DNA of 49,516 nt. It comes from an uncultured Bacilli bacterium. GTDB taxonomy: Bacteria; Bacillota_I; Bacilli_A; RFN20; CAG-826. The stretch is from NCBI GenBank assembly GCA_905235705.1, contig CAJOML010000010.1, positions 1-49,516 of the forward strand, written 5' to 3'. Every line of letters begins with the position of its first letter. Position 1 is the first letter of the stretch. Below, in pieces: positions 35,061 through 44,618 of the stretch. The notes under the pieces are model-generated. The model was not told the origin of the DNA and ran no database searches. It worked only from the letters and a program-made list of their open reading frames with translations. The position numbers were made by a program, and so were the translations under genes.

Positions 35061-36365
35061 TCACTTTCGCTCGCGATAAACGATGTTGAATGGGGTACCC
35101 GTAAAATCAAAGCTTTCGCGGAGGCGATTTTCAAGGTAACGCGTATAGGAGAAATGAGCGAAGGCGGGGTTATTGCAGAAAAAGACAAAAGTCGGTGGGT
35201 TCACGCCAACTTGCGAAGCAAACATTATCTTTAGCCGCCCATGATTAAATTCAGGTGTCGGATTCATCGTTTGGGCGTCAGCGATAATTTGATTCAAAAT
35301 GGAAGTCGGGACACGTCTTCTTGAATTTTCATAAGCGCGTTCAATAGCAGGGAGGATTTTATCCATGCCTCTTCCGGTTTTGGCCGAAACAAAGACAACT
35401 TCGGCGAAATCAACGAACTTAAAGCGGCGACGGATTTCGGCTTCGAAATCTTGTTGCTGCTGTCCTTTTAAAGCCAAATCCCATTTGTTAACGACGATGA
35501 CAACCGCCTTTTTGGCGTCTAAAGCATAGCCGCAGACATGGCGGTCTTGATCTAAGATACCGGTTTCCGCATCAATGACCATCACCGCGACTTCGCTACG
35601 ATCAATCGCCGCTAAAGCGCGAATCGCGGCATATTTATCGATGGCTTCGTAGATACGGCCCTTTTTGACTAATCCAGCCGTATCAATGGCAACATAATTT
35701 TTGCCCTCGACTTGGAATGGGGTATCAATCGAATCACGGGTTGTCCCGGCGATATCTTTGACGATAACCCTTTCTTGTCCAAGCAAAGCATTGGTCAATG
35801 AGGATTTGCCGACATTAGGACGGCCGATGAAAGAGAAAGTGATCGCGTCTTCATATTGGTTATTCTCTTTTTCGGGAAGCATAGAAACGATTTTGTCTAG
35901 CAAATCGCCAATCCCGATGCCATGGCTTCCTGAGACAGGAAGGGGATCGCCAAGTCCCAAGGCGTAGAAATCATTGATATCGGGGATTTTATCGACATTA
36001 TCGATTTTATTGACGGCCAAAATGACTGGTTTATTGGATTTATAAAGCATCTTGGCGACTTGCTCGTCATCGCCAGAAAGGCCCATCTTCCCATCGACCA
36101 CGAAAACGATAACATCGGCTTCTTCAATGGCGATTTGAACTTGCGCCCGGATTTCGGTTTGGAAAGGGGCGTTTTTGATTTCGACCCCGCCTGTATCCAC
36201 GAGGGAAAAAGTCTTCGTTAGCCATTCGGCCTGACCATAAAGACGGTCGCGGGTTACCCCAGGGGTATCCTCAACGATGGAGACGCGTTTCCCGATGAGA
36301 CGATTAAATAATGTCGACTTCCCCACGTTAGGGGCGCCGACGAATGCGACAAGACCTAGCGACAT
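35061..36365 (-). CDS. der: ribosome biogenesis GTPase Der (EngA)
   Basis: Two G domains (GAPNVGKST, GRPNVGKSS) plus a KH-like C-terminus. Confidence 0.95.
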   Translation of the reverse strand: MSLGLVAFVGAPNVGKSTLFNRLIGKRVSIVEDTPGVTRDRLYGQAEWLTKTFSLVDTGGVEIKNAPFQTEIRAQVQIAIEEADVIVFVVDGKMGLSGDDEQVAKMLYKSNKPVILAVNKIDNVDKIPDINDFYALGLGDPLPVSGSHGIGIGDLLDKIVSMLPEKENNQYEDAITFSFIGRPNVGKSSLTNALLGQERVIVKDIAGTTRDSIDTPFQVEGKNYVAIDTAGLVKKGRIYEAIDKYAAIRALAAIDRSEVAVMVIDAETGILDQDRHVCGYALDAKKAVVIVVNKWDLALKGQQQQDFEAEIRRRFKFVDFAEVVFVSAKTGRGMDKILPAIERAYENSRRRVPTSILNQIIADAQTMNPTPEFNHGRLKIMFASQVGVNPPTFVFFCNNPAFAHFSYTRYLENRLRESFDFTGTPFNIVYRERK

Positions 36366-37036
36366 GGTTCAACCCCGGTTTTTTCTTTGATGATGGATAA
36401 AATCGCATCCACCACTTCCTCGATGCTCATATCGGAGGTATCCACTTCAATCGCGTCTTCGGCTTTCGAAAGGGGGGCGAAATCGCGATGGGAATCGATA
36501 TAGTCACGTTTTTCGACATCGGCGATGACCTCTTCCAAGGTGGTGGGAATGCCTTTTTCCTCGTTTTCTTTTTGACGGCGTTTGGCTCTAGTTAAAACGG
36601 AAGCGACTTGGAAAATCTTCACTTCTGCTTTTGGCAGGACATAGGTCCCGATATCACGTCCATCCATTACGACGGATTTCGATTCGGCCATCGCACGTTG
36701 CATATCGACAAGGGCCAAACGGATATCTTTATATGAGGCGATATAAGAGACATTCGAGGAGACACGTGGCTCACGGATTTCCTTAGTCACATCCACCCCA
36801 TTGCAAATAACACGTCCGTCTTCTTCTAGGTGGATACTTACTTTGCCAACCAATGAACAAGAGGCTTCTTTATCTTCGCAGTCTAGCCCCTTTTCCATGA
36901 CCGCCCAGGTGAAAGCCCGATACATCGCCCCCGTATCGATATAGACGAAATTGAGGGCCTTGGCGACGCGCTTAGCGATGGTCGATTTCCCAGCCGCGGC
37001 AGGTCCGTCAATGGCGATGGAGATATTCTTACTCAT
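36356..37036 (-). CDS. cmk: cytidylate kinase
   Basis: IAIDGPAAAGKST P-loop. Start at MSKNISI, with GGAGGAGG upstream. Confidence 0.95.
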   Translation of the reverse strand: MSKNISIAIDGPAAAGKSTIAKRVAKALNFVYIDTGAMYRAFTWAVMEKGLDCEDKEASCSLVGKVSIHLEEDGRVICNGVDVTKEIREPRVSSNVSYIASYKDIRLALVDMQRAMAESKSVVMDGRDIGTYVLPKAEVKIFQVASVLTRAKRRQKENEEKGIPTTLEEVIADVEKRDYIDSHRDFAPLSKAEDAIEVDTSDMSIEEVVDAILSIIKEKTGVEPCR

Positions 37037-37329
37037 AATGGCCTCCTCCCTTGTAGGAAATACCACCAGACCGCGAAGGCCGCACTAACAGCCACAAGGA
37101 AAAGCAATTTGGCCAAGATGGTAAGTCTCTTTTTTCTTAAATTGATGCGATATGGAACCGAGTTTTTTGAAGTTAACGGCATTAATCTTGCCCCAAAGGT
37201 GATGGCGGAATCGCTTTTGATGGCACTAGAAATATCCTCGCCACTAGACGAAGGCGCGCCGAATTTCTCCTCCGGCATGTGCTTGATACTCTCGCGGTAT
37301 TTCGCATACCGTTCCATCCTTGTTTCCAT
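37033..37329 (-). CDS. small C-terminally membrane-anchored protein, unknown function
   Basis: 98 aa with a single TM helix (LAKLLFLVAVSAAFAVWWYF). ATGA overlap with cmk. TGTAAAAT lies 9 nt upstream of the ATG and there is no SD. Confidence 0.5.
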   Translation of the reverse strand: METRMERYAKYRESIKHMPEEKFGAPSSSGEDISSAIKSDSAITFGARLMPLTSKNSVPYRINLRKKRLTILAKLLFLVAVSAAFAVWWYFLQGRRPL

Positions 37330-37494
37330 ACGTTTTTTATTTTACATAAAACAATGGCAACAAAAAACGGATAACTCTACGTTTTTCAAAAAACTTCGAT
37401 AATATCGGCTTTGGTAGCGGTCCCACACTTTTTTGTTGTTGCAAATTGTCCCGTTTTGACCCTAATATTGACTTGTTAAGAAGGAGGTTTACCC

Positions 37495-37677
37495 ATGCCA
37501 AAGAAAGCCCGCGTCGACTCTGACGCTTGCATCGGCTGCGGCCTCTGCGTCGGTTCCCACCCCGAAATCTTCGAATTTGATCCTGACGGAAAAGCCGTCG
37601 CGGTCAACGAAGGCGAGGATGCCGATGTCGAAGATGCCGTCGCCAGCTGCCCTGTCGGTGCTATCTCCGAAGAATAA
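37495..37677 (+). CDS. fdx: small single-cluster ferredoxin
   Basis: 60 aa. CIGCGLC...CPVGAI cysteine pattern. Strong SD AAGGAGG. Confidence 0.85.
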   Translation: MPKKARVDSDACIGCGLCVGSHPEIFEFDPDGKAVAVNEGEDADVEDAVASCPVGAISEE

Positions 37678-37695
37678 GGTAAAACCTATTGAAGG

Positions 37696-37722
37696 AAGCG
37701 AGCTTAATGGTTCGCTTTTTTC
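37696..37722 (+). terminator. ferredoxin terminator (overlaps the ribU 3' end)
   Basis: AAGCGA...TCGCTT stem followed by TTTTTT. Confidence 0.55.
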
Positions 37723-38411
37723 TTTCCCTCGAAACGAAGGAAGACATGCAAATAACGATAGACCACAAACGTGATGGCGATAACAATGCCGTCTTTGATC
37801 AAGTTAAACGGCAACACGGCAAGGAAGGCATAGCTCCAACGTGTATCGGAAATGCTTGGGATCGCCTTTTGCATCATCCCTAAAAGGGCATCCACACCAT
37901 ATCCCATCGTATAAGCATAGAAGGGGATCATGACATAAACGTTTAATAGCATTGCCGCGACGACTTGGATTAAAGTGGCTAAGCCAAATCCGATCGCGAC
38001 GCCTTTTAAGTTGCGTTTCTTCTTATAGATTAGAGCGGTCACCCCAACATAAATCGAGGAGAGGATTAAATCGGTAAGTTCGCCAACCATCATGGTACGG
38101 CTTAAGGGTAACTTGATAATGGTCTTCACCAAAATAACGGCGATCCCAGAAAGGGGTCCATAAGCAAACCCGGCGATAAAGGCAGGGATTTCATCGAGGT
38201 GGATTTCAAGGAAGCTAGGGAAAATGGGAAGGGAGAATTTAAAAACCGGCACCGCATATAACAATGTGGCGATACCGCCGAATACACCAACTCTAGCCAA
38301 AAACCGAACAGGGTGATAATTCTTCGAAGGATAGGCATCAAAATAAAGCCGAAAAGTCAGCAAAACAAGGATAAATAAGGCGATAATTGCGGCGATTTCT
38401 CGAATTTCCAT
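37704..38411 (-). CDS. ribU: ECF-type S component, probable riboflavin transporter
   Basis: Polytopic membrane protein of about 235 aa sitting directly behind an FMN riboswitch. Start trimmed to MEIREIAAI; the upstream part of the ORF-track reading frame is the riboswitch. Confidence 0.7.
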   Translation of the reverse strand: MEIREIAAIIALFILVLLTFRLYFDAYPSKNYHPVRFLARVGVFGGIATLLYAVPVFKFSLPIFPSFLEIHLDEIPAFIAGFAYGPLSGIAVILVKTIIKLPLSRTMMVGELTDLILSSIYVGVTALIYKKKRNLKGVAIGFGLATLIQVVAAMLLNVYVMIPFYAYTMGYGVDALLGMMQKAIPSISDTRWSYAFLAVLPFNLIKDGIVIAITFVVYRYLHVFLRFEGKKKANH

Positions 38412-38560
38412 AAAAAATACCCTCTCTGACTTGAGGGTGCGCAAACGAGGTTCTTCTCTCATCCGGACTTTACCGTTGGCGATGGAATCTCACCATCTCG
38501 TGCCTTTTGGGCTTGCGGGCTATACCGCCAGTCGACGAAATTCACGTCACCCTGAAGTGC
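38412..38560 (-). promoter_or_regulatory. FMN riboswitch (RFN element) with terminator expression platform
   Basis: Minus strand reads CUUCAGGGUGACGUGAAAUUUCGUCGACUGGCGGUAUAGCCCGCAAGCCC...GGUGAGAUUCCAUCGCCAACGGUAAAGUCCGGAUGAGAGAAG, matching the conserved RFN core. It is followed by ACCCUC-AAGUCAGA-GAGGGU and UUUUUU, then AUG. Confidence 0.85.
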
Positions 38561-38564
38561 CTTT

Positions 38565-38592
38565 ATTATAGGCATTGGGCCATCATCTTCAA
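38565..38592 (-). promoter_or_regulatory. promoter TTGAAG-16-TATAAT for the riboswitch-ribU unit
   Basis: On the minus strand the -35 hexamer is at 38587-38592 and the -10 hexamer at 38565-38570. Confidence 0.6.
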
Positions 38593-38623
38593 CAAATAAG
38601 CTCGCTAGAGGAATATCAATCCA

Positions 38624-39454
38624 CTAATCGCGCTTTCTTAAGGATGCTTTGAATTCCTCTTTTTGTTCTTCGCTTTCAAAGGCAAGATGAATCCCGGTTT
38701 TCGTTTCTCTTAGGGTAATGCCTTGATGCTCACACCACGAGGCAAAAGCGGATTCATCCCCTTGACTTTGACGGATGGCTTTGGCCCTCGCCTCTGTCTC
38801 CCTGACGGAAAGATGATGCTCTTTGATTTGCTTAGCCAGTTCATCGGCGTCTTTACTGTTTAATGTCAAAATCGCCCTGGCATGACCATAACTTAGGATG
38901 CCTTCATTGAGATCGTCTTTTAATTCCCGAGGTAAGGAAAGTAAGCGTAACGTGTTTGCGATTTGGCTTCTTGATTGGTGGGAAAGCTTGGCTAAGGTTG
39001 AAACCGAATAACCATATTTTCTTTGTAAAATCGAGCATACGCAGGCCATTTCCAAAATATGGGATTCGCGTTGGTCGCGGTTATCGGCAAGAAGAACAAG
39101 CAGTTCCTCTTCTTCGGTAATGGAAACAATAACCGCAGGCAAAGACAAAATACCGGCCTTTTTTGCCCCATAAAGACGTTTACGTCCGAGGATGACTTCG
39201 TAACGGTCCCCTTTTTCTTTGACGACAACAGGGGCATAAAAACCTCTTGAAGATAAAGTCTGGGCAAAAGTTTCAATCGTTTTGGCCGGGATTGCGATTT
39301 CTTTGACGAAAGCATTATCATCCAAAGATTCGGTGGAGATTAATTTGGCTGGCGCGTTTTGATAACGCTTCTCCATCTCCTCGACGACATCGAGCTGACT
39401 AAAACGGGCGACTAATTCAGGCAAAGACGATTTTAAAATCTTTTCCTTACTCAC
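38624..39454 (-). CDS. parB: ParB/Spo0J-family partition protein with divergent N-terminal motifs
   Basis: [30 protein letters not shown] is typical of ParB. The box II position reads GRKRLYGA. Start uncertain: GTG at 39454 with AGGGAGA upstream is preferred; the ORF is open to 39499. Confidence 0.8.
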   Translation of the reverse strand: MSKEKILKSSLPELVARFSQLDVVEEMEKRYQNAPAKLISTESLDDNAFVKEIAIPAKTIETFAQTLSSRGFYAPVVVKEKGDRYEVILGRKRLYGAKKAGILSLPAVIVSITEEEELLVLLADNRDQRESHILEMACVCSILQRKYGYSVSTLAKLSHQSRSQIANTLRLLSLPRELKDDLNEGILSYGHARAILTLNSKDADELAKQIKEHHLSVRETEARAKAIRQSQGDESAFASWCEHQGITLRETKTGIHLAFESEEQKEEFKASLRKRD

Positions 39455-40214
39455 GGTCGATAATCTCCCTTGCCAAGGCAAAATAGGCGTGTGCCCCACT
39501 AGAAGTTGGGCGGAAGGTAATCACAGGTTCTTGGCGAGCCTGCGATTCGGCGACCGACTGATTTCTTGGAATGGAAGAGAGAAAGGTGTTTTCCCTAAAT
39601 AACTTACGCACCTCCGAAGCGATTTCGTTCCCAAGTTGGGTACGTGAATCAAACATAGTCAGCAAGAAGCCCTCGATTTCTAGATTGGGATTGAGGTTCT
39701 TTTGGGTGTTTGAAATGGTGGCTAACATGGCGGCGAGGGCCTCCAAAGCAAAATATTCGCATTGGACGGGGATGAGAACGCTAGTGGAGAAGACTAACGA
39801 ATTCAAAGAAAGCAAGCCTAATGATGGCGGGCAATCGATGATGACATAGTCATATTCGGAAGACGTTTCTTCTAAAGCGTTCTTTAATAAGGAAAATGGC
39901 TTATCGATCGCGCTTTCATATAAGGAGGCTTCCAATGAAGCGAGTCTAAGATTGGAAGGGATTAAATCTAATCCGGGGATACGAGTGGCGACAATCGCTT
40001 CTTTGGCGATAGCTTTTCCTCTTAATACTTCATAAGTCGATGCCTCAATCATCGAAGGATCGATACCTAATCCCCTGCCGGCGTTGCCTTGGGGGTCCAT
40101 GTCCAAAAGAAGCACTTTCCGTTTTAATTGGGCCAAGGCGCTAGATAAGTTAATCGCGGTCGTGGTTTTGCCAACGCCACCTTTTTGATTTGCAATGGAT
40201 ATGATTTTGGACAT
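39447..40214 (-). CDS. parA: ParA/Soj partition ATPase
   Basis: Deviant Walker [12 protein letters not shown]. 255 aa. Confidence 0.9.
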   Translation of the reverse strand: MSKIISIANQKGGVGKTTTAINLSSALAQLKRKVLLLDMDPQGNAGRGLGIDPSMIEASTYEVLRGKAIAKEAIVATRIPGLDLIPSNLRLASLEASLYESAIDKPFSLLKNALEETSSEYDYVIIDCPPSLGLLSLNSLVFSTSVLIPVQCEYFALEALAAMLATISNTQKNLNPNLEIEGFLLTMFDSRTQLGNEIASEVRKLFRENTFLSSIPRNQSVAESQARQEPVITFRPTSSGAHAYFALAREIIDRE

Positions 40215-40215
40215 C

Positions 40216-40911
40216 TTATTTGAACTCTTTCTTAATTAGGCCCCAGCTCCGGGGATATTTTTGAGGCGTCTTGTTATTCTTTTGGTAAAGGACATTGATT
40301 CGTTTGTCGCCAGAAGGAAGGGCTTCCTCGCTCATCGTTTTCAGTCTGACGCCATATCTAGATTCGTAATGAGAGGCAATTTGAATTTCCTCCTCTCCTC
40401 TAGCTCCTTTCATGGCCAATATCGCTCCCCCGATTTTGACAAAGGGGGCGGCGACTTCAAGGAAGATCGGTAAGGAAGCAAATCCACGTGAGATGGCGAC
40501 ATCGAAGCCTTCCTTTCTCACAATCCCGTCTTCGATGCGACCGATGGCAAAGGAAACATTATTTAGACCAAGCCGCGCCACCGCTTCTTTAAGGAAGATG
40601 AATTTCTTCGCCGTCGCATCTAACAAAGTGATTTGGCTTGTTGGGTATAAAATGGCCAGAACCAGCCCAGGAAAACCTCCGCCAGAGCCGATATCTAAGA
40701 TAGATTTCCCCGCAAAATCGAAGGTTTTTGCAGGTAAAATGCAATCAATGAAATGCTTTTGGTAAATCTCTTCATCCTCCAAAATCGAGGTGAGGTTTAT
40801 CTTTGGATTCCACTCCTTTAGCAAAGAGGCATATAAGGAAAACTTCGCTAGCGTTTCTTCATCGCTAGACAAACCTAACCCAAGCAAGACGGAGCGAAGT
40901 TCCTTTTCCAT
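40216..40911 (-). CDS. rsmG: 16S rRNA (guanine527-N7)-methyltransferase
   Basis: SAM motif [10 protein letters not shown] and conserved position after mnmG. Confidence 0.9.
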   Translation of the reverse strand: MEKELRSVLLGLGLSSDEETLAKFSLYASLLKEWNPKINLTSILEDEEIYQKHFIDCILPAKTFDFAGKSILDIGSGGGFPGLVLAILYPTSQITLLDATAKKFIFLKEAVARLGLNNVSFAIGRIEDGIVRKEGFDVAISRGFASLPIFLEVAAPFVKIGGAILAMKGARGEEEIQIASHYESRYGVRLKTMSEEALPSGDKRINVLYQKNNKTPQKYPRSWGLIKKEFK

Positions 40912-42788
40912 TAACGGAGCCCTTTCTTTCTTAACTGTAACAATAATATCGAAATATCGGCCGGGTTAACACCCGCGATACGTGAAGCCTGCCCAATATT
41001 GACAGGTCGAACAGAAGAAAGCTTTTGCCTCGCTTCAAGGCGAAGCCCATCCATATGTTCATAGTCCAAATCAACGGGAAGTTCGATTGCCTCAGCCTTG
41101 ATTAAAGATGCCGCTTCCATATCTTGTTTCTTTAGATAACCTTCATATTTGACCATCGTCTCAAGAGCCAAGATGGATTCTTCATCCAAATGATAACCAG
41201 CGAGTTCAGGCATCAAAGAAGCGATACGTGTATAGGTAAAGCCAGGGCGTTTTAATAACTCTAAGCCCTTAAATCCATCATTGCTTGGGGGGAAGCCCAT
41301 CTCTTCGAAATAGGCATTTAAGCCCGCTTTGTCGCTGACGTTTGTGGTGGAAAGAATCGAGATGATATCCTCGATATCTTGGTATTTATGTTTGAAGGCG
41401 GCATATCTTTCTTCGCTCAATAAGCCGATTTGGTGGCCGTATTCGCTAAGGCGCTTGTCGGCATTATCGTGACGAAGGAGGAGACGGAATTCGGCACGCG
41501 AAGAAAGAAGACGATAAGGTTCATCGGTTCCTTTTGTCACCAAATCATCGATCATGACCCCGATATAGGCTTCGTTCCGTTTTAAGACGAAAGGATCCTC
41601 ACCTTGGATTTCCCTTGAGGCATTAATCCCAGCCATTAACCCTAACCCCGCCGCTTCTTCATATCCTGAAGTGCCGCAAAGTTGGCCGGCGAAATATAAG
41701 CCTTTGTATTTCATCGATTCCAAAGTCAATGAATATTCTTCGGGACGAACCGCGTCATATTCGATTTGATAAGCGTATTTTAAAATCTCGGCATGTTCTA
41801 ATCCGGGCAAAGAATGGACGAGTTCTTCCTGGAGTTCATGGGAGAAGCCGGTTGAAAAACCTTGGAGATAAATCGATTCGCCATGCTCATATTCGGGCTC
41901 AAGGAAAAGCTGATGTCTAGGCTTATCGGCAAAACGGACGACCTTGGATTCGATAGAAGGACAATAACGAGGCCCTTGCGACTGGATGAGCCCGTTAAAT
42001 AAAGCCGACTCATTTAGATGCTCATGGATGATTTCTAGTGTCTTCTCGCTGGTATAAATCAAATAGCAAGGCAGCTGTTCTTCGAGGGTGTAACGTTTGT
42101 GGTTGGCATAGCTAAAATTGAGCTCGCCTGCCATCCCTTCTTCGATTCGTCCGGCGGAAAAATCGATGGAACTTTTCTTTATCCGCGGCGGGGTGCCGGT
42201 TTTTAACCGCCACATCGCTATACCCATCTTTTTCAAAGAAGGGGAAATACCCAATGTCGCCTTTTCCCCATCGGGTCCCGCATCAATGCTGGAATTGCCT
42301 GAAATTACCTTTGAGCAAAGATAGGTGCCAGTGGTTAGAATCACCGCTTTAGCAAAGATTTTTTGCCCGTTTTTCGTTTCTACGCCGAGGATCTTCCCTT
42401 CCTCAAATAAGAGGGAGGTGACTTCGTTTTCCTCGATTTTTAGATTAGGGGTGGATTCTAAGATCTCCAGCACGGCTTGGGGATAAAGTTTCTTATCTTG
42501 CTGGGAACGTAAGCATTGGACGCCCGGGCCTTTGCCCGTATTTAACATTTTGATTTGTAGGGGATGCTTGTCCGCGGCTAATCCCATAATGCCACCTAAA
42601 GCATCGACCTCTCTGACCACAACCCCTTTTGCCGAACCGCCGATATGGGGGTTACAAGGCATGTTTGAAATCATGGCCTTATGCAAGGTCAATAAAAGGG
42701 TAGGATGGCCTAGTCTAGCCGCCGAAGAAGCGGCTTCGACCCCGGCATGCCCTCCCCCTACGACAATCACATCGTAAGAGGTTTCCAT
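40911..42788 (-). CDS. mnmG: tRNA uridine 5-carboxymethylaminomethyl modification enzyme MnmG
   Basis: FAD motif VIVVGGGHAGVEA. 625 aa, full-length GidA layout. Confidence 0.95.
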   Translation of the reverse strand: METSYDVIVVGGGHAGVEAASSAARLGHPTLLLTLHKAMISNMPCNPHIGGSAKGVVVREVDALGGIMGLAADKHPLQIKMLNTGKGPGVQCLRSQQDKKLYPQAVLEILESTPNLKIEENEVTSLLFEEGKILGVETKNGQKIFAKAVILTTGTYLCSKVISGNSSIDAGPDGEKATLGISPSLKKMGIAMWRLKTGTPPRIKKSSIDFSAGRIEEGMAGELNFSYANHKRYTLEEQLPCYLIYTSEKTLEIIHEHLNESALFNGLIQSQGPRYCPSIESKVVRFADKPRHQLFLEPEYEHGESIYLQGFSTGFSHELQEELVHSLPGLEHAEILKYAYQIEYDAVRPEEYSLTLESMKYKGLYFAGQLCGTSGYEEAAGLGLMAGINASREIQGEDPFVLKRNEAYIGVMIDDLVTKGTDEPYRLLSSRAEFRLLLRHDNADKRLSEYGHQIGLLSEERYAAFKHKYQDIEDIISILSTTNVSDKAGLNAYFEEMGFPPSNDGFKGLELLKRPGFTYTRIASLMPELAGYHLDEESILALETMVKYEGYLKKQDMEAASLIKAEAIELPVDLDYEHMDGLRLEARQKLSSVRPVNIGQASRIAGVNPADISILLLQLRKKGLR

Positions 42789-44179
42789 TAACCGACCGAA
42801 CCCTCCATGTCCATCTTGATCAGTTGGTTCAATTCGACCGCATATTCCATCGGTAATTCTTTGGCGAAAGGATCGATGAAGCCCATAACGATCATCTGGG
42901 TGGCTTCTTTTTCGCTTAACCCGCGGCTCATCAAATAAAAGAGCTGGTCGGCGCTGATTTTAGAAACAGTCGCCTCATGTTCGATATAGGAAGAATTATT
43001 ACGGATTTCGTTTTTCGGAATCGTATCCGACTTGGAACGGTTATCCAAAATCAAGGTATCGCATTCGATATGTGATTTGGCGTTCTCCGCCCCTTCATGC
43101 ATTCTCACGGTGCCACGGAAATTTGCAACGCCACCTTGGGAAACAACCGATTTGGAAATGATGGAAGAGGATGTGTTTTTGCCGATATGGATCATCCTCG
43201 CCCCTGAATCTTGGAATTGATTGGCTTTGGCCACGGCGATGGTAATGGTGGCCCCACGGGAATTATCCCCTTCAAGGATACATGCGGGGTATTTCATCGT
43301 CTTCATTGAGCCGATATTACCATCGACCCATTCCATGAAGCCATTTTCCCCAACCCTTGCCCTTTGGGTGACTAGATTAAGGATGTTATTGGACCAGTTT
43401 TGGATGGTTGTATAACGAACGTGCGCATTCTTTTCGACAACGATTTCAACCACCCCGACATGGAGGGAGTCACGTGAATAAGTCGGTGCCGTGCAGCCTT
43501 CGACATAATGGATGTCGGCCCCTTCATCGGCGATGATAAGGGTACGTTCGAATTGACCCGTCTTTTCATTATTGATACGGAAATAGCTTTGAAGAGGCTT
43601 ATCTAGTTTTACCCCTTTGGGGACATAGATAAACGAACCACCGCTCCAGACGGCTCCGTTTAAGGCCGAGAATTTCGAATCGGCGACGGGGATAACGGTT
43701 CCGAAATATTTTTTGAAGATATCGGGGAACATCTTTAATCCCATGTCGATGGAAAGGAAGATGACGCCTTTTTCTTTCACTTCCTCAAGCATGTTATGAT
43801 AAACGACCTCGGATTCATATTGGGTGGAAGCTCCAGAGAGGAATTTTTGTTCGGCTTCAGGAATGCCTAGACGTTCAAAAGTGGCCTTGACCGTTTCAGG
43901 CACATCTTCCCAACGGGAAGCTTCCTTATTGGAGACTTTGGTGTAATAGGTATAGGTCCCAAAGTCCATATCAGAAAGATCCGGTCCAAAAGAAGGCATT
44001 GGCATCTTTTGGAATTTCTTTAAGGCATCCAAACGGAAATTCAGCATCCATTCAGGCTCGCCTTTTTGACGGGAAATCTCTTTCACGACCTCTTCGTTTA
44101 AGCCCAAACCGGTGGTGAAAATAGAAATGTCTTTGTCTTTGATATCAACGACTTTATCGAGTTCCTCAGGCATGGTCAT
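42788..44179 (-). CDS. sufB: Fe-S cluster assembly protein SufB
   Basis: 463 aa. Typical SufB beta-helix region ([19 protein letters not shown]). Confidence 0.95.
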   Translation of the reverse strand: MTMPEELDKVVDIKDKDISIFTTGLGLNEEVVKEISRQKGEPEWMLNFRLDALKKFQKMPMPSFGPDLSDMDFGTYTYYTKVSNKEASRWEDVPETVKATFERLGIPEAEQKFLSGASTQYESEVVYHNMLEEVKEKGVIFLSIDMGLKMFPDIFKKYFGTVIPVADSKFSALNGAVWSGGSFIYVPKGVKLDKPLQSYFRINNEKTGQFERTLIIADEGADIHYVEGCTAPTYSRDSLHVGVVEIVVEKNAHVRYTTIQNWSNNILNLVTQRARVGENGFMEWVDGNIGSMKTMKYPACILEGDNSRGATITIAVAKANQFQDSGARMIHIGKNTSSSIISKSVVSQGGVANFRGTVRMHEGAENAKSHIECDTLILDNRSKSDTIPKNEIRNNSSYIEHEATVSKISADQLFYLMSRGLSEKEATQMIVMGFIDPFAKELPMEYAVELNQLIKMDMEGSVG

Positions 44180-44618
44180 GACCCTCCTTTAGCAACTCTT
44201 CGAAAGCGTCCCATCCAATTGTCGCGCAGTGGATTCTCGCCGCTTGCTTCGATGTGTTCTTGAAGGCGTTCGCCTCCTCTAAGACGGAATCGTCATAAGG
44301 TTCTTCGTGCAGCATATGATGATATTGCTGGATGATATTCAAGGCATCGACTTTGTCGTGGCCGATCAAAAGATCACAGATGATATCGCTTGAAGCGGTC
44401 GAGATGGCGCAGGCGGTGCCATTCCATTTGGCATCGACTACTTTGCCCTGCTCATCTAATTTTAAATACACGTCAATATCATCGATGCAATTGACGGATG
44501 AGGAATGGACGTTTAAATACCCATCCGCAGAAGGGGTGATTTTGTTCCGAGGAGAAGAATAATGGTCCATGATGATGGCGCGCATCATCTCGGGCGTCAG
44601 TTCAAATGAAGTAGGCAT
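44166..44618 (-). CDS. sufU: SufU-type Fe-S/zinc-dependent sulfurtransferase
   Basis: Three conserved Cys contexts: NCIDDID, GTACAIS, ARIHCAT. Start trimmed to MPTSFE, with GGAGG upstream. Confidence 0.85.
   Translation of the reverse strand: MPTSFELTPEMMRAIIMDHYSSPRNKITPSADGYLNVHSSSVNCIDDIDVYLKLDEQGKVVDAKWNGTACAISTASSDIICDLLIGHDKVDALNIIQQYHHMLHEEPYDDSVLEEANAFKNTSKQAARIHCATIGWDAFEELLKEGHDHA

Noticed and set aside
43470-43477. TCACGTGA, the central 8 nt of the Bacillota parS consensus, inside sufB.
   Set aside because: The flanks do not match TGTT...AACA, and an 8-nt palindrome is expected by chance. I found no full parS and no cluster of TTATCCACA-type DnaA boxes, so I do not call an origin here despite the parAB-rsmG-mnmG genes.
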